Source: Candidatus Hydrogenedentota bacterium
GTDB taxonomy: Bacteria > Hydrogenedentota > Hydrogenedentia > Hydrogenedentales > JACPGD01
Direction of reading: 5' to 3'
Assembly: GCA_016182645.1 (NCBI GenBank)
Contig: JACPGD010000167.1
Location: forward strand, 1 to 36,744
DNA: 36,744 bases
Under the pieces are notes generated by a model that saw nothing but the letters and a program-made list of their open reading frames with translations, was not told the origin of the DNA and did no database searches. Position 1 is the first letter of the stretch; each line of letters starts with the position of its first letter. Shown one piece after another: positions 27,543 to 36,744 of the stretch. A program made the position numbers and the translations under genes.

Positions 27543-28654
27543 TGCCTGAAGATACCGGTGCAGAACGGACCCTTCCCGCGAGCGGGATGAAGCGCCAGCG
27601 CGCGCGCGAGCAGGGCAATATCCCGCGCAGCCAGGACCTCAGCGCGGCGATTGCGCTGTTTGTCGCGCTGATCGCGATGCTCATTCTCGGGGGCCAGATG
27701 GCGGAGCGGATGGTAGCTACCGGGATCTACTACCTGGGCCAGGCCTACGAACTGCGGCTGGAGCAGGTGCCGGTGCAGTCGCTGGCGGTGCGGGCGATGC
27801 TGGACACGGGGTTGCTTTCCCTGCCATTCATGGTGCTGATGCTGTTGACGGGGCTTTTCCTGAACCTGGCGCAGGTCGGGTTCCTGTTTACGATGCAGCC
27901 GCTGCAGCCGAAGCTCGAACGCCTGAACCCGATCACGGGGCTGGGCCGCTTTTTTTCGCTGCGTTCCTTCGCCGAGTTGATCAAGTCGATATTGAAACTA
28001 ACCCTTGTGGTCATCATCGTCTGGCTTGCGCTGCGCACGCGCTGGAAGGAATTGGCGGGGCTGATGGCACTCGAGCCGTGGCCGGCGTTGCTCGCGGTGG
28101 CGGACCTGGTGGTGGCGGTGTGGTGGCGGATTGCGCTGGCCATGCTGGTGCTGGGTCTGCTCGACTATGCGTATCAGCGCTGGCAATACGAGCGGGACCT
28201 GCGGATGACGCCGCAGGAAGCCAGGCAGGAGGCGAAGGAACTGGAAGGCGACCCGCTGATCAAGCGCAAGATACGGCAAATGCAGCGGCAAATGGCCATG
28301 CGCCGGATGATGGCGGAGGTGCCGCGGGCCGAAGTGGTCATTACGAACCCGACGCACTATGCGGTCGCACTGCGGTACGACATGGGCACGATGGCGGCGC
28401 CAGTCGTTGTGGCGAAGGGTGCGCGGCTGCAGGCGGAACGCATCCGGCAGATCGCACTGGAACACAACGTGCCGATCGTGCAGCGGCCCGAACTCGCGCG
28501 CCTGTTGTACCGGACCGTGGAGATCAACCAGTCGATTCCGGAGAGTGTCTTCCGGACCGTGGCGGAAGTGTTGTCGTTTGTGTATCAGATTGACCGCCGG
28601 GCGGAAAAACAGCGCGAGCGGGAAAGCATGCTGTCCCCCAGGATGGCCGTGTAA
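27542..28654 (+). CDS. flhB: Flagellar export protein FlhB
   Basis: AREQGNIPRSQDL, LNPITG, KELEGDP.IK, the NPTH autocleavage site and APVVVAKG. Confidence 0.96.
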   Translation: MPEDTGAERTLPASGMKRQRAREQGNIPRSQDLSAAIALFVALIAMLILGGQMAERMVATGIYYLGQAYELRLEQVPVQSLAVRAMLDTGLLSLPFMVLMLLTGLFLNLAQVGFLFTMQPLQPKLERLNPITGLGRFFSLRSFAELIKSILKLTLVVIIVWLALRTRWKELAGLMALEPWPALLAVADLVVAVWWRIALAMLVLGLLDYAYQRWQYERDLRMTPQEARQEAKELEGDPLIKRKIRQMQRQMAMRRMMAEVPRAEVVITNPTHYAVALRYDMGTMAAPVVVAKGARLQAERIRQIALEHNVPIVQRPELARLLYRTVEINQSIPESVFRTVAEVLSFVYQIDRRAEKQRERESMLSPRMAV

Positions 28655-28661
28655 GGCAGGC

Positions 28662-28697
28662 GATGGACGGGATGGACCAGATGGACGAAATGGACAA
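28662..28697. repeat. 9-bp GGAC-core micro-array between flhB and flhA
   Basis: gatggacgg gatggacca gatggacga aatggacaa. Confidence 0.85.
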
Positions 28698-28724
28698 CAA
28701 TCATAGGATCAGGAGCGGCTGAGC

Positions 28725-30809
28725 GTGGCGGTACCGGCACAACGATATCCGGCGGTGGGCCGCTTCACGCTGGGGCGCAATGCCGACATTGCGCTGTCGA
28801 TCTTCATCGTCAGCATTATCGTGGTGCTGCTTATTCCGATTCCCACGCCGCTGCTCGACATCCTGTTGACGATCAACATTTCGCTGTCGGTCGTGGTGCT
28901 GCTGGCGACGGTGTATTTGCAGCGTCCCATCGAATTCGCGGTATTTCCGTCCTTGCTGTTGATGTTAACGTTGTTCCGGCTGAGCCTGAACGTGGCTTCG
29001 ACGCGCTTGATCCTGGCGCAGGCGAATGCAGGCAACGTGATTCAGGCCTTCGGCGGCTTCGTCACCTCGGGCAACCTCTTCGTGGGGATTGTGATCTTTA
29101 TTATCCTGGTCGTGATCCAGTTTGTGGTGATCACGCGCGGCGCGACGCGCATTTCGGAAGTGGCGGCGCGCTTCACCCTGGATGCGATGCCGGGGAAACA
29201 GATGGGCGTGGACTCGGACCTGAACGCGGGCTTGATCACCGAGGACCAGGCGCGGACGCGCCGGCGCGACATCGAGCGCGAGGCAGACTTTTATGGGGCC
29301 ATGGATGGCGCCACGAAATTTGTGCGCGGCGATGCGATCGCCGGCATTATCATCACCATCGTCAATATCGTCGTCGGGTTCATCATCGGTGTGGCCATGC
29401 TGGGCCTGCCGTGGCCCGATGCCGCACGAGTGTACACGCAACTGACCATTGGCGACGGGCTGGTGTCGCAAATCCCCGCGCTGCTCATCTCGGTCGGCGC
29501 GGGCCTGGTGGTGACGCGGACCGCGTCGGACGAAAACCTCGGCACCGATTTGGGCATGCAACTCACGCGCTATCCGCGTGCCTTAGGCGTGGCCGCCGTG
29601 ATGCTCCTGCTGTTTGGAATGGTGCCCGGCATGCCAACGCTGGCGTTCTTCGCGGTGTCGGGATTGCTCGCGTTTCTGATGGTCTCGTCGCAGCGTTTGC
29701 AGGAGCGGGTGCGCCGAGAAGAGGCGGCGTTCGAACAGGCGCGTGAGCGCGAGGCGCGCGAGGAGCCGCCGCAGCGCACGGAAGATTTGCTCACGATTGA
29801 TCCACTCAAGATTGAACTGGGCTATGGCCTGATTGCGCTGGCCGATCCAAAACAGGGCGGCGACCTGCTGGCGCGCATCCAGATTATTCGCCAGCAGATT
29901 GCGTCGAAGATGGGATTCGTCGTGCCCGTGATCCGGATCGTGGACAACATGCGCCTGCGGCCGAACGAGTACCGGGTGAAACTCCGCGAGTCCGTCATCG
30001 CGTCCTACGAACTGATGCCGGACCATTTTCTCGCGATGAATCCCGGGTTGGCTGAAGAAGAAGTGGAAGGGTATCCGACGAAGGAACCGGCGTTTGGCTT
30101 GCAGGCGGTGTGGGTGTCGCGGGCGCAGCGGGACCGGGCCGAGCGGCTGGGCTATACGATTGTCGAACCATCGGCGGTGCTGGCGACGCACCTGACGGAG
30201 TTGATCTACGCGCACGCCGATGAATTGTTGACGCGCGAGGACGTACAGGCGCTGGTGAACCACCTGCGCGACAGCTCGCCGACCGTGGTGCAGGAACTCT
30301 TGCCGAACATTCTCACCTACGGGGAACTCCAGAAAGTGCTCCACCGGCTGTTGCGCGAGCGCGTGTCGATCCGGAACCTTGAAACTATTCTGGAAGTGCT
30401 GTGCGACTATGGGGCGCGCACGAAAGACACGGAGGTACTGGCGGAATATGTGCGGCACGCGCTGGCGCGCGAGATTTGCGCGGGTTATGCTGATGAGAAG
30501 CACGTGTTGCGCGTGGTGACGCTCGCGCCGGAACTGGAACAGGAAATCCTCGAGGCGCTACGGCAAGCGGAGACGGGCGAGTACATTCCGGTGGCGCCGG
30601 AACGCGCCGAAGTGATCGCGGAACGGACCGCGCGCTCGGTGCAGCCGCTGATCCTGGCGGGGCACGAACCGGTGGTGCTCACGTCGGCGCCGGTCCGCCG
30701 TTATTTCAAGCGCATCGTGGAGCGGCACATACCGAAGGTCGTCGTGCTTTCGTATAATGAGGTCGACCCGGCGCTGGTGTTGGAGAGCGCGGGACAGGTG
30801 AGTGCATAG
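28725..30809 (+). CDS. flhA: Flagellar export protein FlhA
   Basis: FHIPEP signature RISEVAARFTLDAMPGKQM, FYGAMDGATKFVRGDA and TIGDGLVSQIP. Confidence 0.97.
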   Translation: MAVPAQRYPAVGRFTLGRNADIALSIFIVSIIVVLLIPIPTPLLDILLTINISLSVVVLLATVYLQRPIEFAVFPSLLLMLTLFRLSLNVASTRLILAQANAGNVIQAFGGFVTSGNLFVGIVIFIILVVIQFVVITRGATRISEVAARFTLDAMPGKQMGVDSDLNAGLITEDQARTRRRDIEREADFYGAMDGATKFVRGDAIAGIIITIVNIVVGFIIGVAMLGLPWPDAARVYTQLTIGDGLVSQIPALLISVGAGLVVTRTASDENLGTDLGMQLTRYPRALGVAAVMLLLFGMVPGMPTLAFFAVSGLLAFLMVSSQRLQERVRREEAAFEQAREREAREEPPQRTEDLLTIDPLKIELGYGLIALADPKQGGDLLARIQIIRQQIASKMGFVVPVIRIVDNMRLRPNEYRVKLRESVIASYELMPDHFLAMNPGLAEEEVEGYPTKEPAFGLQAVWVSRAQRDRAERLGYTIVEPSAVLATHLTELIYAHADELLTREDVQALVNHLRDSSPTVVQELLPNILTYGELQKVLHRLLRERVSIRNLETILEVLCDYGARTKDTEVLAEYVRHALAREICAGYADEKHVLRVVTLAPELEQEILEALRQAETGEYIPVAPERAEVIAERTARSVQPLILAGHEPVVLTSAPVRRYFKRIVERHIPKVVVLSYNEVDPALVLESAGQVSA

Positions 30810-30810
30810 G

Positions 30811-32124
30811 ATGACGCAGGTATTTCAAAAGGTCCGCGGCCGCACGCTCGAGGAGGCGTACCGCAAGATGCGCCAGGACTACGGGCCCGACGCCGTCGTG
30901 ATCAGCACGAGCCAGGTCTCGGAAGGGGGCCTGCTGGGTTGGTTTGGCCGGAAGGTGGTGGAACTGACCGCGTCCGTGCCGGGTCAGGTGTTGCCCGCGC
31001 GTGCCCTGAGCCAGGCCGAAAAGAAGTACGCCGATGCGGGTGCCGCCGGCGGCGCGCACCGTGAAGAGACGATCCAGATGTTCGAGCAGATCGTGCGGGA
31101 CGCGCAGAAGCGGATGAACGCCCCGGCGAGCGCGGAAGGGCCTGCTCGTAAGGAAGTGACAGGCGATGCGCCCGCGCGGGCCGCGGCGGCCGGCGCGGCG
31201 CCCGTGCTGCCTTTCCCGAAGAAGAAGCAGGACGCGCAGCAGGCCGCGGAGACGCTAAGCCGCGAAGTGCAGGAAATCCGCGAGATGATGCAGGTGCTCT
31301 ACGCGGAAAGCCCGGGCGCCGGATTGCCCGCGGAGTTTGCGCCGCACTACCGCACGCTCGTGGACCGGGGCGTTTCACGCAAAGTGGCGGCGGCGTTGAT
31401 CGGCGCGGTCGTGAAGAACAGCGACATCGCGGTCATTCGGGAACCGCGGGTGTTTGTCGAACGGCTCCACTACGAAATCCGCAAGCTGATCCAGGTGAGC
31501 GGCGGCATTCAGCTCACACCGGGCGCGTGCCGGGTTGTGGCGCTGTGCGGGCCGACCGGCGTGGGCAAGACCACCAATCTGGCGAAGCTGGCCGCGCACT
31601 TCGCGGTGCACGAACGGCTGCGCGTGGGGATGATTACGACCGACAACTACCGTATTGCCGCGCCGGAGCAACTGCGCGTTTATGCCAACATTATCGGGTT
31701 GCCGATCCGCGTGGCGACGAACCCGAAAGAGTTGCAGGAAGGACTGTACGCCTTTCGCGAGTTCGACCTCGTGCTCATGGACACGGCGGGCGGCAGCCAG
31801 TTTAACCTGGAACAAATCCGCGAACTGCAACACGCGCTGCTCTGCGCGAAGCCGCACGAGATTCTACTGGTCATGAGCGCGAGCACGCAGCTCAGCGACC
31901 TGCGCAACATTGTTTCCAACTTCAGTTGTGTGCGACCCACCGCCGTCGTGTTCACCAAGCTGGACGAAACGAGCCAGTATGGCGGGCTCTTCAGCATGGT
32001 GATGGAAGCGGGGCTGAAATTGAGTTACTTCAGCATTGGCCAGAATGTGCCGGACGACATTCGCGTCGCGACGCCGGCGATGGTGGCCAAGCTGATTCTG
32101 GAAGGCAGGAATTCCCGTGGCTGA
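30811..32124 (+). CDS. flhF: SRP-family GTPase FlhF
   Basis: N-terminal B-domain (GPDAVVIST), GPTGVGKTTNLAKLAA, DNYRIAA.EQL, DTAG, TKLDE and GQNVPDD. Confidence 0.93.
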   Translation: MTQVFQKVRGRTLEEAYRKMRQDYGPDAVVISTSQVSEGGLLGWFGRKVVELTASVPGQVLPARALSQAEKKYADAGAAGGAHREETIQMFEQIVRDAQKRMNAPASAEGPARKEVTGDAPARAAAAGAAPVLPFPKKKQDAQQAAETLSREVQEIREMMQVLYAESPGAGLPAEFAPHYRTLVDRGVSRKVAAALIGAVVKNSDIAVIREPRVFVERLHYEIRKLIQVSGGIQLTPGACRVVALCGPTGVGKTTNLAKLAAHFAVHERLRVGMITTDNYRIAAPEQLRVYANIIGLPIRVATNPKELQEGLYAFREFDLVLMDTAGGSQFNLEQIRELQHALLCAKPHEILLVMSASTQLSDLRNIVSNFSCVRPTAVVFTKLDETSQYGGLFSMVMEAGLKLSYFSIGQNVPDDIRVATPAMVAKLILEGRNSRG

Positions 32125-32980
32125 TCAGGCACAACGGCTGAGAGAACTGGTATGGGGCCAGCGTGGGCGCGCGCGCGTGCTGGCCGTGACCAGCGGCAAG
32201 GGGGGGGTGGGCAAGACGAACACCAGCGTTAATCTGGCCATTGCGCTCGCCGCCTATCGCAAGCGCGTCATCCTGCTCGACGCGGACCTCGGGCTGGCCA
32301 ATGTGGAAGTGCTGATGGGGCTCAATTCGCTCTACAACATCGAGAATGTGATCGAGGGCGAGAAGACCATGCGTGAAATCCTGGCGCCGGGCCCTGGCGG
32401 CATCCAGGTCGTGCCCGGCTCTTCCGGACTGGCAAAGCTGGCCGACCTCAGCCCGGCCGGGCGCCAGAACGTGCTGAATGGGTTGAGCGACCTGCAGGAA
32501 CTGGCGGAGTTCGTGGTCATCGATACGATGGCGGGCATCGGGCGCAACGCGGTCTCGTTCGCGACCGCCGCGGATGAGGTGATCCTGGTGACCACGCCCG
32601 AGCCGTCGGCCATTGTGGACGCCTACGCGATGCTGAAGACCATCCACAACACACGGAAGGACGCCGTGGTGCGGCTGCTGGTGAACATGGTGGGCAATCA
32701 GGCGCAGGCGAAAGCGGTCGCGGCGAAACTGGCCGGCGTGGCACAGCAATACCTCAGTCGGAACTTGTCGTTGCTCGGCTATCTCCCGCGCGACCCGAGC
32801 GTGTCGCAGGCGGTCATGCAGAGCCGGCCCTTTATCCTGCAATACCCCAATGCGCCGGTTTCCAAGTACATGCAGATGATCGCCAGCCGCCTCGTCGAAC
32901 AGCAACCGGCCCCGGAACCGCAGCGGGAGAGCTTCTTCAAACGGTTCGCGACAAGTCTCGGAATCGCCGGGAACGGGTGA
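32117..32980 (+). CDS. flhG: MinD-like ATPase FlhG/FleN
   Basis: DQAQRLR activator motif, TSGKGGVGKTN, DADLGLAN and TTPEPSA..DAYA. Confidence 0.93.
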   Translation: MADQAQRLRELVWGQRGRARVLAVTSGKGGVGKTNTSVNLAIALAAYRKRVILLDADLGLANVEVLMGLNSLYNIENVIEGEKTMREILAPGPGGIQVVPGSSGLAKLADLSPAGRQNVLNGLSDLQELAEFVVIDTMAGIGRNAVSFATAADEVILVTTPEPSAIVDAYAMLKTIHNTRKDAVVRLLVNMVGNQAQAKAVAAKLAGVAQQYLSRNLSLLGYLPRDPSVSQAVMQSRPFILQYPNAPVSKYMQMIASRLVEQQPAPEPQRESFFKRFATSLGIAGNG

Positions 32981-32986
32981 AGGATC

Positions 32987-33021
32987 AATTAGGAATGATG
33001 AATTAGGAATTAGGAATGGTG
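32987..33021. repeat. 7-bp-period AAT-core micro-array (STRR-like)
   Basis: aattagg aatgatg aattagg aattagg aatggtg. The last unit supplies the next ATG. Confidence 0.8.
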
Positions 33022-33792
33022 AAGCCGGATGTTTCGCTTGATTCCACGCAACGTTTCTCGGAGCGGGTGGAGAATTATGTTCGATTTCGACCGGGGTATC
33101 CGGGGGCGGTGCTTGACTGGTTGCGCGCGCATGCGGGGCTTCGCAGTGAGGACGTGATTGCCGATATCGGCTCCGGCACGGGCATCCTGACCGGACTTTT
33201 CTTGCGCCACGGGAACACGGTCTTTGCGGTCGAGCCGAATGCCGCGATGCGCGCCGCGGCGGACAGGCTGCTTGCGCAGTTCCCGCGATATCACAGCGTG
33301 AACGGGACCGCCGAGCAGACGACGCTCGCCACTAGTAGCGCCGATGCGGCGGCCGCCGGACAGGCGTTCCATTGGTTCGACCTCGGCACCGCCCGGCAGG
33401 AAGCCCAGCGTATCTTGCGGCCGGGCGGGTGGGCCGCCATTCTGTGGAACACGCGCTCGCTGGACGCCACGGCTTTCCTCCGAGAATACGAGACGCTGCT
33501 GCGCCGTTATGCGACCGATTACGACACAATTGATCACCGCAATGTCACCCGGGACACCTTGCGCCCTTTTTTCGGCGGCCCCTTTGAGTACGTGACTTTC
33601 CCCAACGCGCAGCACCTCGATTACGAGGGCCTGAAAGGGCGCCTGCTCTCGGCCAGCTACATGCCCGGCCCCGGCCAGCCGGGGCACGAGGCGATGCTGC
33701 GGGACTTGCGAACGCTTTATGAGGCCCATGCACAAGAGGGGCGCGTACACCTGCTTTACGATACGGAGTTGTACTGCGGCGCACTCAGGTAG
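33016..33792 (+). CDS. Class I SAM-dependent methyltransferase
   Basis: RFS.RVENYVRFRPGYP, ADIGSGTG, AVEPN, QAFHWFD and ILRPGG. Confidence 0.92.
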   Translation: MVKPDVSLDSTQRFSERVENYVRFRPGYPGAVLDWLRAHAGLRSEDVIADIGSGTGILTGLFLRHGNTVFAVEPNAAMRAAADRLLAQFPRYHSVNGTAEQTTLATSSADAAAAGQAFHWFDLGTARQEAQRILRPGGWAAILWNTRSLDATAFLREYETLLRRYATDYDTIDHRNVTRDTLRPFFGGPFEYVTFPNAQHLDYEGLKGRLLSASYMPGPGQPGHEAMLRDLRTLYEAHAQEGRVHLLYDTELYCGALR

Positions 33793-33796
33793 AGGG

Positions 33797-35506
33797 TTAG
33801 GGAAGGGACGTGACTTCCCGAAGTTCGGCCTGCGGCACGGGGGACGGCGGCGCTTGTACTCGGCTCAATTCAGGCGGGCGCGGCGAACCCTCGGCCGGGC
33901 CTGGGGAGAGCGCCCGGCCATTCTTGGAACTGGGCGACAGTTCGGGGGGAAGTTTATCCCCTTTCTTGTTCTTCGCGTTCTTGCGGCCATTGACCGGCTG
34001 CCGTGGCGGCGCGGGGGCGGTCTGGGCGGCTTCCGCCTCGAGGCACACTTTGATGTAAGTTGTGTCTTTAATAGCGGCGGCATTGCGCAATTCCAGAAAA
34101 CTCTCTTCCAGGTACGCAGACAACAACTCGACCTCGCCGCCGGCCTGTCCGTCGCCGGAGACCGTGATGAATAACTGCTGATCATAGCTGGTGATCGCGA
34201 AATCGACCCCCATCTCCAGACAGACCGGCAGGGTGGGATAAATGGCCTCCAGACGGTGTCCCATGAGGTATAGGGGCACCTGGGGCCCGGGAACATTGGT
34301 GCAAATGAGGTTTGCGGGAGGAACCGCCGTAAAGTAGCTGAGGATATTCTGGATGGAGGGACTGGAAATGGCGCCCAGACTCATCGCCTGGGTCATGGGC
34401 GGCAGCCCCTGCAGTGCCTCGAACATCAGGTTGACCGCACCGGCCAAGCGGGCCTCCTTCATTTCGTTCATCACATGGTGCACCGAATGAAGCCGCTCCA
34501 CGGGGTCGTCCAGGCGTAGCGGCACTTCCACGGGCAGGAAAGAAATCCGGTTCCCCAAGGCCCCGCGCTCCGTCTCTTCGCGGATGTTGACCGGGACCAG
34601 TATACGCATCGTCTGCGGCAGGCTCTTCAGTTTTTTCGCGGGGTGACGCACCAGGTAGCGACGCACGGCGGCCGTCACGATGGCCAGGGCCACGTCGTTC
34701 AGGGTGCCGCCGCAGATGGCGCGAATCGCGCGCGCTTCCGCAAAAGAAAACGTGCGCCAGGCGATGCGCCGTTCTTCGGTGAGGGTGCGGTTGAAAGGCA
34801 GTTTCGTGAGCGGCAGCAGGAAGTTGCCAATCGTCACGGCGAATTTCTGCGCGGCCTGCCGCACTTCTTCCGGCGAAAAGCCCTCGCCGAAGGCCACCAA
34901 ACCACGTTGCAGGCGTGTCCAATGCGCCACGCGCTCGGACAGATTGTCCCACAGCGCGTCGTAGAGGCGCATGCCGGCATCTGGCATGGGGCGCGGACGG
35001 TACGGCTCCGCTTTAATCTCTCGCGGGACCGGCACGGGATCGAAAAGCACTTGGGTCAAACCCACACCCGCGATGCCATCAACCATGCAATGATGGATCT
35101 TGAAGATGATGGCTGTCCGCTTGCCGGACAGGCCCTCCACATAGTGCAGCTCCCAGAGCGGCTTGTCGCGATCCAACGTCCCCGTGAAGATGCGCCCAGC
35201 CAGGTCCTTCAATTGTTCATCGCCGCCTGGGGCATCCAGTTTATGACGCAGCACGTGCTTGCGCGGCTCAAACTGGGGATCGTCCTCCCAGGTCGGATGG
35301 CCGAAATTCAGGGGTGCTGAAACGACCCGCTGGCGGTACCGCGGCACGAGATGAAGCCTCGATTTGAGGTAGAGCAAGAGGCTGCGGTAGGAGAAGTGTC
35401 CCTCGAAGACAAAAACGGCCCCCACGTTCATGGGCTGATTGTCTTGTTCCATATACAAGAACATCGCGTCGACTGCGCCCAGCCGCCGTTGAAGCTGTGC
35501 TTGCAC
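33797..35506 (-). CDS. Wax ester synthase / diacylglycerol O-acyltransferase (WS/DGAT)
   Basis: DAMFLY.E....PM.VG, LDRDKPLWE, catalytic HHCMVDG, TLNDV and TNVPGP. Confidence 0.93.
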   Translation of the reverse strand: MQAQLQRRLGAVDAMFLYMEQDNQPMNVGAVFVFEGHFSYRSLLLYLKSRLHLVPRYRQRVVSAPLNFGHPTWEDDPQFEPRKHVLRHKLDAPGGDEQLKDLAGRIFTGTLDRDKPLWELHYVEGLSGKRTAIIFKIHHCMVDGIAGVGLTQVLFDPVPVPREIKAEPYRPRPMPDAGMRLYDALWDNLSERVAHWTRLQRGLVAFGEGFSPEEVRQAAQKFAVTIGNFLLPLTKLPFNRTLTEERRIAWRTFSFAEARAIRAICGGTLNDVALAIVTAAVRRYLVRHPAKKLKSLPQTMRILVPVNIREETERGALGNRISFLPVEVPLRLDDPVERLHSVHHVMNEMKEARLAGAVNLMFEALQGLPPMTQAMSLGAISSPSIQNILSYFTAVPPANLICTNVPGPQVPLYLMGHRLEAIYPTLPVCLEMGVDFAITSYDQQLFITVSGDGQAGGEVELLSAYLEESFLELRNAAAIKDTTYIKVCLEAEAAQTAPAPPRQPVNGRKNAKNKKGDKLPPELSPSSKNGRALSPGPAEGSPRPPELSRVQAPPSPVPQAELREVTSLP

Positions 35507-35560
35507 GGCAACCCCCTTTCAAATCCCGCACCGCGGGACGGTTCCCACGAAAGCCCTCTT

Positions 35561-35589
35561 ATTATAGGACCGTCCGCCCATTTACACAA
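35561..35589 (-). promoter_or_regulatory. Sigma70-type promoter for WS/DGAT
   Basis: On the minus strand: TTGTGT (35589-35584), 17 bp, TATAAT (35566-35561). Confidence 0.5.
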
Positions 35590-35696
35590 TAGGCAGCAGA
35601 TTGTAAACTACAGGCGACATCCTGGTTCCGCCCCGGGCGCCTGTTTGGGCAGGCCCAGAGCGGTTTTCGCATCGAGGATCTTAGAAAGGTTCCTGC

Positions 35697-36744
35697 ATGC
35701 CGGAGAGAGTGGCCATTTGCGCGGTGGCGCAGACGAAATTCGAAACCTGTAAGGCACGGCAGCGCGTACAGGGGCTGGTGTGGGAAGTCGTAAAGCAGGT
35801 CGTGGAGAGCACGGGGCTGGACTTCAGCGAGCGGGGCATCGAGGCGGCTGTGACCGTCTCTGACGATGTCTTCGATGCCCGGACGATTTCCGACAATGCG
35901 ATTACCGATGTCGTGGGCGCCCATTTGCGCGGCGAAGAGAAAGTCGCGGCGGACGGCGCGCAGGGCATCTACTATGCGCTCTCGACCATCCTTTCCGGGC
36001 ACCATGAAGTGATCCTCCTTGCCGGACACTGCAAGGAGTCGCAGGCCCAGAGCCGCAACATGATCACGCACTTGGCCTTTGACCCCTTCTTCACGCGGCC
36101 CGTCGGCCTCGACTATCTCAGCGCCGCGGCGCTGCAGGCCCGCAGCTATATGGAGCAGTCGAAAGTGAGCGAGGAACAGCTGGCCGACATCGTCGTGCGA
36201 GCGCGTCTGTGGGCGGCGAAGAACCCGGTGGCGCAAGAACAAGCACCGTTGACGCGCGAAGAGGTGCTGGCGTCGCCCTATGTTGCGGATCCGATTCGCG
36301 AGAAGTTCATGTATCCCGTTTCGGACGGCGCGATCGCCATGGTGCTCGCGAGTGAAACGCGGGCCCGCGAGATCTCGGACAGGCCCGTCTGGATCAGCGG
36401 CGCCGGCAATTGTTACGACGCCTTCCCGCTCGGCGAGCGCGACCTCACAGGCAACCTTGCGCTTGGCCGGGCAGCGGCGCGTGCCTTCCGCATGGCGGGC
36501 ATATGCTATCCCATTGCCGAACTCGACCTCATCGAGATTGCCGAGCAATACGCCCATCAACTGCTGCTCAGCGCCGAAGGGCTTGGGCTCTGCCCGCAGG
36601 GCGAAGGCGGGCGGTGGCTCGGTGACGGCGGGCCTGATCGTCAGCGCATCAATCTCTCCGGCGGGATGCTTGCCGGCAATCCGCTGATTCTGGGGGGCCT
36701 GGCCCGCGTGGCCGAGTGCGTGCTTCAACTTCGGGGCGAGGCGG
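35697..36744 (+). CDS. SCP-x type thiolase-family protein, degenerate active site (partial, runs off the right edge; absent from the ORF track)
   Basis: ATG 35697 after AGAAAGG: MPERVAICAVAQTKF ... AAKNP.A ... PVSDGA.AMVLASE ... PVWISG.G ... EGLGLC..GEGG ... INLSGG.LAGNP...GGLARVAECVLQLRGEA. Confidence 0.85.
   Translation, partial: MPERVAICAVAQTKFETCKARQRVQGLVWEVVKQVVESTGLDFSERGIEAAVTVSDDVFDARTISDNAITDVVGAHLRGEEKVAADGAQGIYYALSTILSGHHEVILLAGHCKESQAQSRNMITHLAFDPFFTRPVGLDYLSAAALQARSYMEQSKVSEEQLADIVVRARLWAAKNPVAQEQAPLTREEVLASPYVADPIREKFMYPVSDGAIAMVLASETRAREISDRPVWISGAGNCYDAFPLGERDLTGNLALGRAAARAFRMAGICYPIAELDLIEIAEQYAHQLLLSAEGLGLCPQGEGGRWLGDGGPDRQRINLSGGMLAGNPLILGGLARVAECVLQLRGEA

Noticed and set aside
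26467-30809. Injectisome-type T3SS
   Set aside because: Linkage to flhF and flhG, and the fliQ-fliR-flhB-flhA order, indicate a flagellar system.

Overview
High-GC bacterial chromosomal window, mostly housekeeping and envelope genes; TolC, Tat and flagellar export genes imply a diderm, probably motile organism. In order: the end of a DprE2-like SDR and a UbiA-family phosphoribosyltransferase, a two-domain hypothetical protein, fumC, a heavy-metal RND efflux operon (small Cys-rich protein + czcCBA-like), a three-gene polyprenol-linked glycosylation operon (GT2 + tandem LAB_N protein + TMTC-like GT-C), a Tat-signal FucI/AraA-like isomerase and a rhamnulokinase interrupted by an AbrB-Doc toxin-antitoxin pair, ahcY, an ABC1/UbiB kinase, a tandem DUF502 protein, an aconitase with an atypical cluster motif, a DtxR/MntR regulator, fliQ-fliR-flhB-flhA-flhF-flhG, a SAM methyltransferase, a WS/DGAT and a truncated degenerate SCP-x thiolase-like gene. 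No rRNA, tRNA, CRISPR or transposase was found. The non-coding DNA is highly structured: eight 9-bp-period GGAC-core micro-arrays mostly at gene ends, three copies of a ~110-125 bp hairpin element (two joined into a 235 bp unit with terminal inverted repeats) and two GTAG-type REP doublets. All calls come from motif recognition by eye; no searches were run.
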